64,000 nucleotides of DNA from Naegleria gruberi. Its lineage: Eukaryota. The position numbers and the translations under genes were made by a program. How positions within the stretch are numbered: the first letter of the stretch is position 1; the number at the start of each line of letters is the position of its first letter. This document shows positions 28,252 to 39,107 of the stretch, one piece after another. The notes under the pieces are model-generated. The model saw nothing but the letters and a program-made list of their open reading frames with translations, did no database searches and had not been told where the DNA came from. The stretch lies in the NCBI GenBank assembly GCA_000004985.1, contig GG738911.1; one strand, given 5' to 3'.

Positions 28252-29769
28252 TTAAGAGGACTCTGTAAATTGCCAATGATAATACTTTTGCAAAATATCT
28301 TGAGGTTTTCTAAATTGACATTCATCAACAAGGTGAAGAAAATATTTCACAAATTGAGGAATATTCTTAATAATCATATCATTGTCAAAGTTTACCATCT
28401 GTGCATAATAAACTCCATAAGTTTGTTCCAATAAACTTGCTTGTTCCCAGAAACCTTGATAGAAAAATCCACCACTCGGCAATATTTCCAAAACTGCCAA
28501 TTTTCTTGGTGCGAATCTAGAATTGTAAAAAGCTGCTCCATGTGGTCCAAATATTGCCTTTACATTGGCAAAGAATTTTACAATTTCACTCAAATTGGCG
28601 AAATCTCTGCTATCAAATGTCACCAATTCTTCATTCAAATTTCGTTTCAGCAATTCCACTTTTAAATGTTCCAAAACAGCATCCTCATTAAGTATCATTC
28701 TTCCTCCATTTTGACTGTCGCCATTACTTCTTGTAAAGTAGACAATTTTCTTTCTATCTTTGAATGGAATATCGAATGACAAGTTCAATTGAAAAAGTAT
28801 TTCATTTGAAATTCGTTGAGTGGTGAATGGATGAACGAGTGGACTTCTGCAGGAGTAGATTACTTTCTTGGCATAAATTGCACGTTTATGGAAATGATTG
28901 TGTGCAATAATTTGATAAATTTCATTGACAAATTGGTTGGTAGGCTCTTTTCCAGCAAGTATTGAAGATTTTCTTCCTGCTGTCTCAGAATTTTCCAATG
29001 TTGCTTGTCCCCATACTACAGTAACTCTATCCAGAAAGTGTTGGAAACTGAACGAATCTGGACTTGTTGAAATAATCAAAGAATCGACCGATTCATATGT
29101 TTGCAACGGAGTTGGATTCGTTTTTAGAAATTTTAAATGAGAATTCGATTGACCAACACAATTATTCTCACTCCATTCATCACTGTCAACAATTGGATCA
29201 ATATAAACATTATTAAAAACTAAAATTTGACCATTGATTGATGGGTAAATTGCCCATTCATTATCTGGACTCCATTTCATTAGAATAGAATCTCTAGATT
29301 GTTCCATCCATATTTTCTTTTGCTTTTCATTGAAAAATTTAGGAGCTTTGATTTTGAATGAGTGGTAGATTAGTTCAATTCCTTTTTCTATATTCGAATC
29401 TTGATTTTGTAAACATGGAGCTGAGAATTTGTACATTCCACTTTGACAATCCTCAATTTTAATTGGCATCCACTGCGAAATGGTCAATTCTTGATAATCT
29501 ACATCTTTTTCCAGCTCAAAATTCGTTTCTTCTAGTTTCGTATTCCACAGAAATTCATCACTTTCATAAAATAGGTCAGCATGTTTTGTCGAGTTGGATG
29601 GTGTTGGTGTAATCTTTCGTAATATCCTCAACAAAATCATTGTTGTCAACATGAACATCACAACACATATTAAAACTGCCAATTTAATTCTTCCATAACT
29701 TTTTGATGGACTGCTGACAGGTACATTGTAGATTGGAAGAGAGTAATGGTGAAGAGCTTGCTGTGCCAT
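28252..29769 (-). CDS. glycosyltransferase family 61 (DUF563/EOGT-XylT-like), type II membrane protein
   Basis: N-terminal signal anchor LAVLICVVMFMLTTMILLRIL. C-terminal GT61 hallmarks R.ILNEDAVLEHL...FDSRDF...VKFFANVKAIFGPHGAAFYNSRFAPRKLAVLEILP..GG.F...YGVYY. Confidence 0.7.
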   Translation of the reverse strand: MAQQALHHYSLPIYNVPVSSPSKSYGRIKLAVLICVVMFMLTTMILLRILRKITPTPSNSTKHADLFYESDEFLWNTKLEETNFELEKDVDYQELTISQWMPIKIEDCQSGMYKFSAPCLQNQDSNIEKGIELIYHSFKIKAPKFFNEKQKKIWMEQSRDSILMKWSPDNEWAIYPSINGQILVFNNVYIDPIVDSDEWSENNCVGQSNSHLKFLKTNPTPLQTYESVDSLIISTSPDSFSFQHFLDRVTVVWGQATLENSETAGRKSSILAGKEPTNQFVNEIYQIIAHNHFHKRAIYAKKVIYSCRSPLVHPFTTQRISNEILFQLNLSFDIPFKDRKKIVYFTRSNGDSQNGGRMILNEDAVLEHLKVELLKRNLNEELVTFDSRDFANLSEIVKFFANVKAIFGPHGAAFYNSRFAPRKLAVLEILPSGGFFYQGFWEQASLLEQTYGVYYAQMVNFDNDMIIKNIPQFVKYFLHLVDECQFRKPQDILQKYYHWQFTESS

Positions 29770-30197
29770 AGGTTGTGGTAGTTTTTTTTCGTTCTATTTC
29801 TTCTACTAAACCTTTCATCATGTCAATGAGACTTGACATTTGGCGTTTGAAAAGTGAAATATTGGTTTAGTAGGTGCGACAAAAAAGACGAACACAAATT
29901 CCAAACTCAGTCAATGGTTCCTATCAAGTAAATACTGTTCTTCTTTCCCAGAGATAAAATTTTAAACTATTTACCAGTTGAGTAGTTTGTAGAATAGAAG
30001 AAGATGAAACTCCAAAAACTTTACAGCATCATGTCAACATGACTTTCTTACTATTGCTAATTGCAATTTTCATTGGAGAATTCTCATTATGAAATTGGAG
30101 TTTATTTTTCATCTCAAATTTTATTGTAATCATCCAATTTATGATTCAAAATGTTTTTCTCAAGAAGAGAGGTAGATTTCGAAGAATTATCTGAAAA

Positions 30198-31553
30198 TTA
30201 CAAATTCGATTGAATAAATTCACCAAATTTTCTAATGAAAATTTCAGGATTTCTTAATAAGCCAATAGCTCTGTTTCTTCCCTTTTCGGTCATAATGTCC
30301 GCAGCTTTTTGTCCTTTAACCTCAATGATTTCCTTCTTTCCAATTAGACCATTAATACTTCCCAAACTCAATTCAAATTTTCCTGATTTTTCCTTATTTT
30401 TTAACATTGAGGCAGTTGAGGAAAATTGTGGAGCTACCTTTTTGATTTGCTGAATGAAATTTGACATTTTGACAATATTTGTACCAACAGTGATACCTTC
30501 TCTGACTGCTGAACCTGCCAATTTTTCGTATGGAAGATCTGTCACATCACCAAGTGAGAAAATATTTGGATGGTTGACAGTTTGATAGAAATCATTAACT
30601 TGAATGAAACCTTGAGAATTTCTTGCAATATGACTTCCTTCCAACCATTCAGTATTTGGAATCATGCCTCCACACCAAAATATCATACTTGCTTTTGGAA
30701 GTTCAATAACTTGTTCACTAGTCAATTCTGCATTTGGAATATTCGGTTTTAAAACAATTTCCTTCTTAATCAATGGATTAGTTTCCTCCCCAGACGAAAC
30801 CAATTGAGAAACATCCTTATAAAAAGCTCTCTTTCCCATAAAAACTTCAACTCCATTCTTCACCAAATGGTTATAGATATAATTGTGTGCAGTTTCAGAA
30901 TTTGATCGATCTCTCAACAACTTTCTACTATGAACGAGAGTTATTTTGAATGGTTCCAATCCGTGCTTTCCTCTCCATTGATTGACATCAATTAATTCAC
31001 CTGCCAATTGAATTCCCAAAGCTCCTCCTCCAACAATGACAACATGATCATTTTCCTTAGAGGTAATCTTGTCATAGAATTGATGAAATTCGTGTAATCT
31101 TGATTGAGGAGTGACAGATTCAATCTTTTCAATGTTTGCCTTAATATAGTCTGTCTTGTATCTGCAGCCATTTGCCAAGATTAGGTAATCGTATTCGATA
31201 GTTTCTTCTCCCTTAATGGAATTTCCATCCAATTGTTGAATTGTAATCTTGGAATGCTCGGTATCGAGTTTGGAAGCTTGGGAATGACTAATCATTTTGA
31301 CAGAATATCCATTTCTCTTGTCAAAAGTCTTTTCAAGTTCATCCAACAAGACATGTGAATTTTCATGATGATATTCTTGTGGATTGACCATATAACGTAA
31401 AGTAAAGATAGATGACTCGGTGAAATTCTTCTTTTCAATCAATGTAATGTTAAATGTTTGACTTTTGGCAACAAAATGTGAGGTCAAAGTTGATAGAACT
31501 GATAATCCAGCAACTCCTCCTCCAACAATAACTACTCTTGGTTGTGTACTCAT
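30198..31553 (-). CDS. AIF-like (AIFM2/FSP1/AMID-type) FAD-dependent pyridine nucleotide-disulfide oxidoreductase
   Basis: Two Rossmann dinucleotide-binding motifs, PRVVIVGGGVAGLS and DHVVIVGGGALGIQLAGEL. C-terminal IFSLGDVTDLPYEKLAGSAVREG aligns with the AIFM2 pattern AIGDCADV..PKMAYLAG. Probable start is MSTQPRVV; the track start is upstream. Confidence 0.8.
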   Translation of the reverse strand: MSTQPRVVIVGGGVAGLSVLSTLTSHFVAKSQTFNITLIEKKNFTESSIFTLRYMVNPQEYHHENSHVLLDELEKTFDKRNGYSVKMISHSQASKLDTEHSKITIQQLDGNSIKGEETIEYDYLILANGCRYKTDYIKANIEKIESVTPQSRLHEFHQFYDKITSKENDHVVIVGGGALGIQLAGELIDVNQWRGKHGLEPFKITLVHSRKLLRDRSNSETAHNYIYNHLVKNGVEVFMGKRAFYKDVSQLVSSGEETNPLIKKEIVLKPNIPNAELTSEQVIELPKASMIFWCGGMIPNTEWLEGSHIARNSQGFIQVNDFYQTVNHPNIFSLGDVTDLPYEKLAGSAVREGITVGTNIVKMSNFIQQIKKVAPQFSSTASMLKNKEKSGKFELSLGSINGLIGKKEIIEVKGQKAADIMTEKGRNRAIGLLRNPEIFIRKFGEFIQSNL

Positions 31554-31877
31554 GATGATGATGTATTCTTGATGTTTGAATATTTGTTTTTGAATTGGAA
31601 ACAATGTTGAGCTATGTGAAAGTGCGTTCTTAAAGAATTTAACATAATGGAGGAGGAATTTGCGCATATTTAAAGTTATTACCCCAATAATAACAATAGT
31701 GGGCCAAGGAGATCGTCATTATTAAATCACGCAATTCCTTGGTTACAAGGTTCACTCTTGTTTTAAATATCCTTCATTTTGTCCAATCGTCTTTTTTGTT
31801 ATAATTTCAAAAATGGTAATTTTCAAACTCTGTAATTTTAATGAGTATTCTTTGATGATGAAAATTGTGGAATGATA

Positions 31878-34800
31878 TTAAATACCATAGACAACGTTGG
31901 CCTTCTCAATGATTTGCATTTGAACATCTCTCACTGCCTTGAAATTAACATAATCTGGTGTGAAAACAAATCGAGAGAAGGTATCTCCCAAATTCATAAC
32001 CACCTGTCTCATCATTAATTCAAAACAATCCTTGACCATGCTATTTTCAATTCCAAGTTTTGATAGGGAATTTAAATCCAATAGCTCACAATTTGATTCG
32101 TCCAATTTCTTACATTTTTCATAGAGTTGAATGAATGCAGTTCTACTCTTTGATGGAATGTTAACTTCCATTTCTGCTCCAGTTTTGATGTACTTTTGGT
32201 AGATTCGGTCAGCAAAGAAGACTAATCCTCCAAGATTTTCACCAGATACCACATCTGTACTTGCTTTAATGTCAGAGAAGAGGAATAAATTTTCAGAGCT
32301 GAATTCCTTTTCACAAAAGTTTGCAAATAATTCATATCCTTCCTCAGATTCCAAAGTATTGTAAAGTTCTTGATTCATAATTTCATCGTTTTGCTTCTTT
32401 TGTTCTTCCTTTTTGGTTCTACGTTGTCTGAACTTGTAGACAAGAGCAACAATGAGTGCATAACCACCAAATACTAAAATATAGGAAATGACATAGAGTA
32501 CTTCAAAGATGAAGGAAATTGAATCAAATGTCAAGGCAAGTTTGAACATGGCCAAACTCTCAAATCTGTAAGACAAGCTGCTCAATCCAATAACTTGATT
32601 CAAGATGAGTAAAATGAAGGAAATAATATAAATGAACATTTCCATTCTGAAATAGAGAGGTCCATCCATTGAGGTAAACCAATGGAATGCTGTTAATAAA
32701 ATATTCTTATTGAGCTTCTTCTTTTCATTGATGTTTTCAGCATTATCAAGACTGAAAGTACTGGTAGGTTGTGAAAAGTTTACAGCTCTTCTTCTATTCT
32801 TCTTTTGATCAACTTCTTTCTTTGATGAGAGAATCATGTCAAGGATGGCGACAGCTGTAATAATCACACCAAATGTCAAAATACAAACTGTATAAGAAAC
32901 TGAAACAATGTAGGTATACTGTAATGAATCTAGAACTCCAGTTCTTCTCAAAATGACCCAAATAACCCAATAGACAACATTGACAGCAGCAAATATACCA
33001 ATCAATGAATAGAATAACACTTGTGAGGTTGCATACTTCAATGCTTTCAAAATTGTTGTACTTTGAGCTTGCGTTCTATTATCAGAGAGTTTCTTGTAGA
33101 GTAGTTTCATGAATTGGAATCTAAAAACTTGCATGACGTAACAGAAAATGGCTGTTAAATTGAGGGTGTTTACAATAATCATGACAATATTTGCAATGAT
33201 ATTGGCAGCAGCATCTCCACTTTCCCACATTTGACTATTTGCAGAATTCAATTGATCCACTAGAACAGATCTTTGTACAATATAAATCAATGTACATTCC
33301 ACAATTAATGCTATCAATCCAACATAAGGAGTAAGCAATCTAGAGCTCACAGGTTGAGACTTTCTCAAAACAATCAATCCAATCAAAATTGCACTTGCTG
33401 CAATCAAATAAATAATACCAAATGATATTTGGGCATAGTATAATGATGAAACTTGATCCTTGAGTTGAACGGTAAATGTTGTTGTCTTGGATTCAAGGAA
33501 AGTTGTAAACATGGTTGTGTGAGAACAAGCACATTCAATTGAGTTAGATGAAACTCTATGCAATGAACATCCATAACTGCTCCACATTTTGAGTTTCTCA
33601 TCCCAATACTTGCAATGATACGTACTGTTGGTAACAGTCGAATTGGAGATTATTGAGCTTGGAATAGTGGCAGCATTGAATGAAAGAATAAGAGGTGAAT
33701 CTAAATTATCCAAAACCAAGACATCTGTCTTTTTCATGAATTTGAAATCAGTAACAGAGGAGCTGAGGGTCATGTTACTAACTGAAGCATCATAATTTGT
33801 GTTCTTTGAATAAACTATCATTGTTGCTCCACAAGTCATTGAATAGGTGCCATATTTGGACATCACTGATGTCAAATTCATAGAAACCTTGCTTTCAGTA
33901 TCAGAAACGCTTTGCAAATTACTAGTTGGAGTTGGCACATTGAAACTAGAAACTGTAATATTAATGAGAGAAGATTTGTATGAACTTGTTGGTAAATCGG
34001 TTGAAGTAGAACTAACAACAGTTGGGATAGTTCCATAATAAATCAGAACAGTGACAAGACTAGCTGTCGATTTGGTTTTTTCAGAATCATATGAAGTAGA
34101 GAAGCAGTTTGAAATAACTTGAATTGTTTTGGAGATATCTGCACTGGAGAGGGATGATTTCACATAGCCATACAGAGCAAGTTCACTCAAATAAATGTCT
34201 GTCAAATTTGAAACAAATGAATCCACTTTGTTGATGACTAGACTGACGGTATCAGCTGTTAGTGTTTCATTATTGGATGTTAGTGTTTCCAAGCTTGATA
34301 AAGATGATGAAGGGTTCTTTGGATCAATTACTACATTAGAAATGAGGGCAGAGACCAATGATGACGATGCTGAACTTGTTGTAAAGGTTTGATCTACAGA
34401 GGCACCTAATAGCGACTCTCCACTCAAAGATTTTACAACTTCAATGTATTGCTCTTGAGTTCCATTAAATGGAGAGACTGTTACATTTGCTGATGCTTCA
34501 GTTTCCACATTTCCGAGGGCGTCCTTGACAAAGACAACCAGTGAGATTGTTTCTGTTGTTTCTAAAATACTTCTTGATTTGGTGGAAGAGCTTTCCGACC
34601 TAATGTAAGGTAAATAAGATGAGAAGGTAGTGTTGAGACTGTATTCAGTCAATCTAACAGACTCTGCCTTTGATTTATCATAATAACCAAATGCATATTT
34701 GAGTGGCAATAGTTCAGGTGATGTTGCAACCCATTCAGAAACCTGAATTGTAAACTTGTCATTCATTGAAATACCAGAGATTGGAGAAACGCTAACAAGA

Positions 34801-37800
34801 TTGGAAACACGTGTTGGAGGACTTGCAGAGGAGATAATTTGAATTTGAACAGAAGAGCTAATGTTTTGCTGCTTGCTATTGATAACTGTGAATGTGAACA
34901 AGACAGTCTCATTCAAATAGTTGGATGGAATGCTTGCTTGAATTGGAACTGATGGAGAAAATGATAATAGGTTAGTATTATCATATTTGGCCAAGACTGA
35001 ACCTGACCTTTTGTAAGAGAATACTCCTGCACTAACTTTCCATTCATAGGAAACCAAAGTTGAGCAATTTTTTCCACAACCTAAAAAGTATCTAATAGTA
35101 GTTGTGTTCAGAGTGATACTGTTAATAACAGTTGAAATGGTTTGATCTTGAGTACCTGAAACTAGAACAGATGGTAAACCAAAGCTTCCCAAAGTTGGCT
35201 CATTCAATTCATACTTGACTACTAATTTGAATTGTTGCAGGTTGGATTTTCTGCTTTGGAATGGTTGAATATTAGCAATGGATGCATTTGCAATGAAAGT
35301 GTAATTGCCTGCTTGAGTAACATCAGTTAATGTAGAGTTGATTAACAAACGATTGGATTCCACATAGAAAACCACATTTTGTCCATCACATTCAACACAT
35401 GACCAGGTGTAGGAAATATTTGGACTTTGGCTTAATACTTGATCTATTAATTGAATTTCCACACTGACAGTCTTGTTATCAAATTCCAAATAGACAACCT
35501 CTTCATATTTTGTAATGTTAATTTGGAATGGACTAATATTCACTGAACAATCCTTATTGGTGAATCCTTCAACACAAGAACAGTAATTTGGTGATACACA
35601 TTGTCCCTTTCCTGAGCAAACACTCGATTCGTTGAACAAGGTACCAAAGCAATTGTGCAATTCACATGTTTGGCCATAATATCCTGGTTGACATGTGCAG
35701 TTATCTGGAACAAAGCATGAACCATGACTTGAGCAAACGTTGGTATCATTAAAAAGAATTCCAAAGCAATTATGATTTGAACAATCAAATGAAAAATATC
35801 CTTCTTGGCATGAACAGTTATTTGGACTCAGACAAGTTCCATGTTTGAAACAAACATTTGAAGAATTCTTATGAACTCCAAAGCAATCATGTTCAGAACA
35901 TTCAGGTCCATAATACCCAGCTTCACAGAAGCAATTATTTGGAGATAAACATTGTCCATGAGTGGAACAAACATTAGAATTGTTAAATAAAGTGCCATAG
36001 CATTGGTGAGCTTCACACTGATATCCATAATATCCTGGTTGACATGTACAATTATTTGGAACTGGACATGAACCATGGCCACTACAAACATTCATTGTAT
36101 CATTGAATAAATGGCCATAACATTCATGGTTGGAACAATCAAATGAAAAATAACCGGTCTGACATGAACAATTATTTGGACTCTAACAAGTTCCATGCTG
36201 GAAGCACACATTCGAAGAATTCTTATGAACTCCAAAGCAATCATGTTCAGAACATTCAGCTCCATAATATCCAGCTTCACAGAAGCAATTATTTGGAGAT
36301 AAACATTGTCCATGAGTGGAACAAACACTTGAACTATTGAATAGAGTACCATAACAGTTGTGCAATTCACATGTTTGCCCATAATATCCAGCTTGACATG
36401 TGCAGATATTTGGTGAGTCACATGAACCGTGAGATGAGCAAGTACTACTATTTAAATGTTCCACTCCAAAGCAATTGTACAATCCACAATCAGATCCATA
36501 GAAAGGAACTAAACAACTACAATTATTATAGGCTGTACATGATCCTCGTCCTGAACAGACAGTTGAGGAATTCCTAGAAGCACCATAACAATCATAAATT
36601 TCACAATTCTATTTTCATCACATGTACAATTATTGAATGAATGACATTGACCGTGTGAGGAACAAATATTTGGATTGTTTGAGAGAACTCCATTACAAAT
36701 ATTAATTTCACAGAATTTGCCAGTATGTTGCTCATCACACTGACAAGTATCGAATGCTGTACAATTACCAAATCCAGTACACACATTTGTTTCATTTTTC
36801 AATATTCCACTACATTCGAATAATTCACAATCTTCTCCATAATAACCCTCTTGACAGGTACAATTTTCTGGTGAAGAACATGATCCATGTCCTGAACAAA
36901 CCATTGAAGAATTATTGATAATTCCATTACACATATAATTTTCACAATTATCTCCAAAGTATAACTCTGGACAAGTGCAATTATTCTTTGAATCACATGA
37001 TCCTACTCGAGAGCATACATTTGGTTGATCGAATCTAATTCCACCACAGTCATAGTACTGGCATTCAGATCCATATCTTCCTGCTTGACAATTACTACAT
37101 GTATTTGGTGAAGAACATGTTCCAAATCCACTGCAAACATTTGGATCACTTGGTGCAAGGCCATTACAATAATACAATTCACAAAATGTTCCTGAATATC
37201 CTGTTTGACATGAGCAAGTATTTGGACCAGTACATGTTCCACGACCATTGCAAACAGTACCAACTTGAGAATAGAGAATACTATTGCAATAGTAATTTGA
37301 ACACGTACTTCCTGAATATCCAGAATAGCATGAGCAACTATCTCGAGCATTACATGATCCATGTCCACTACAAGCACTCGATCCATATAATCCATAACAG
37401 AGATATTCATTACACTGAGAACCAGACCAAGTGTAGGTCAGTGAATTTCCAAAATACTGATTGGCTGTCCAGCAAACTTCCTTCTGGGCACCATAGAGTA
37501 CCAAATTACCATCTGATATTATCATTGATGATGTTGATGTTGATGGAATAAACAACTCACTCCATCATAACAATTCAATAGAAACTTACCTGATTGCATG
37601 ACTAATCTGAAAGGGGCTGTACCAGAGGTGCATGCAGAAGAAATTGTCTTTAAAACACCTCCCTGGTCTCGTATCTCAAGAGTGCCATCCAATGACAATA
37701 CTAAATTATACGGAGCTGTTCCTTGTCCATTAGTATCAGATGCCCAATAGGCAACCAATCCAGGTTTATAAAGCACCAAATTGCCATCCACTTGTTGTTT

Positions 37801-38088
37801 CAATTGGTAAATTCCATTCGATGAGTAAATAGAATTTGATTGATAGAGGTTGTTGGTTCCACCCGATGAATACAGAGTGTTACCACTTGTTGAATCCACA
37901 CAATAGCAATTATTTGACCCAGCACAGAAGCCATGTCCACCGCATGAGTTCAAATCTGTGGCCGAATAGCCATAACATGTATTGACAGCCAAAACTGAGA
38001 GTTGTTGTTGATGGTTGTGAAAACATGTCTGTACCACAAATGCAAAGACAAAATAGAGAAATAATGTGGAAGGTGCTTGGTGTTGCAT
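31878..38088 (-). CDS. giant receptor: signal peptide, bulb-type (mannose-binding) lectin domain, more than 25 tenascin-type EGF repeats, S/T-rich mucin-like stalk, GPS/GAIN-like motif, seven TM helices and a C-terminal RGS domain. The reading frame is disrupted in several places in this assembly.
   Basis: N-terminal MQHQAPSTLFLYFVFAFVVQTC. B-lectin motifs QQVDGNLVLY...AYWASDT and LSLDGTLEIRD. EGF units CSxHGxCxxPNNCTCQxGYYGxxCExHxCYG repeated many times. GPS-like C.YWDEKLKMWSSYGCSL......CACSHTTMFTTFL. Seven hydrophobic helices between about aa 890 and 1210 of the main ORF. RGS motif EGYELFANFCEKEFSSENLFLFSDIKA. The frame joins across about 37484-37560 by a short intron (two alternative acceptors), across about 36600 by a shift consistent with a 10-bp direct-repeat deletion, and across an in-frame TAG at 36183..36185. 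Confidence 0.7.
35550..36480 (-). repeat. recent tandem duplication (unit about 390 bp, 2-2.5 copies) of a four-EGF-module block inside the receptor gene
   Basis: Near-identical nucleotide stretches, for example gaactccaaagcaatcatgttcagaacattcag...ccagcttcacagaagcaattatttggagataaacattgtccatgagtggaacaaaca, occur at about 35880 and 36230. The protein blocks CSTHGQCLSPNNCFCEAGYYG[P/A]ECSEHDCFGVHKNSSNVCF[K/Q]HGTC are almost identical. Confidence 0.6.
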
Positions 38089-39107
38089 GTTTTTTTTGTT
38101 GTGTTGTTGGTAAAATTAATGTTCCTGGCAGATGACATGTCTGAAACTCAATTTGTTTCTGGTGACACTTTCTTGAAGATGGATGACACTTCAGACAACA
38201 GGTCCTTTTAGCCAAATTGTGTTACTGTTTTGCAAGTATGCACATGTACACTACCATCTGTGTAATGAAATAAATTTCATTATTTGGTCAACGGACAGTT
38301 CACTGAAGATCAGCTGAAGGATTTGAAGAGGCCTTTTCAGCTGGTAGTGTTACTTGACTTGTTGGATATGTTTCTAATTCCGATAATCAGTTTGATGGAT
38401 TCAAATATTAATAAGCACCCGATGAAGGAAAATCCTTTTTGATGATTATTTTTATTTTTTTGTGTTTTTGAGTGTTAATTTTTTTAACGGTAACAATTTT
38501 AAAAATATGAAAGAACAACCAAAGGTGCTGCTCACTCTTGAATGATAATACTTCATCAGAATCATCATTGGATTGTTCTCTGCATTTTGGATGAATTTTA
38601 GAAACATCTTCCGGTGAGGAAACATCATTTTGTTAAGAGTTAGTTGGTATTGAAAAAGAAGAAGAATATATTATGATGATTATCAAACGATTTACGGAAG
38701 ATGGAGGAGGATTACTGTTAGGAAATAGAGGAAAATTAATAAATTATCTGATGATGATGATGATGAATATTATCCGTAGTGATTGAGGAATTATCAGATA
38801 ATATTACAACATAATAATAATAATAATAACAATATTTCCAACAAGAAGGAAGATTATATTATCAGAACCATTGTAGATGGAAACAATGCAAAGGTCTACG
38901 AAAAATTACTGACTATTCTAGCTCAGATAATACATATCAGATTCTTCCTTAAATTATTTGGAATTCACTGAAACCAGAAATATTCAATCATTATTGAATA
39001 GGAGTTGTTATATCACTTACTAATTTTGGTAAAAGACATTCCACAATTGAAATGTACACACTGAATAATAACTGAAAAGATTCTAAACACAAATTACAAT
39101 TATTGAA

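Noticed and set aside
33847-34392. Plus-strand ORFs 33847..34038 and 34195..34392 antisense to the receptor stalk region
   Set aside because: Shadow ORFs. The copied segment at 3578-3822 matches this region but keeps no open frame, so it is a gene fragment rather than an independent small gene.
35550-37500. CRISPR-like or satellite interpretation of the periodic repeats
   Set aside because: The repeats are in-frame EGF-module coding repeats inside a eukaryotic gene, and the window is eukaryotic, so no CRISPR array, rRNA or recognisable transposon ORF (RT or transposase) was found.
37484-37560. Exact intron at the lectin/EGF junction of the receptor
   Set aside because: Two acceptors are possible. 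AG at 37513/14 keeps an extra DGNLVLY motif but is out of phase with the only GT donor. AG at 37484/85 is in phase and yields a well-formed third lectin repeat. This cannot be decided without transcript data, so only the gene span is reported.
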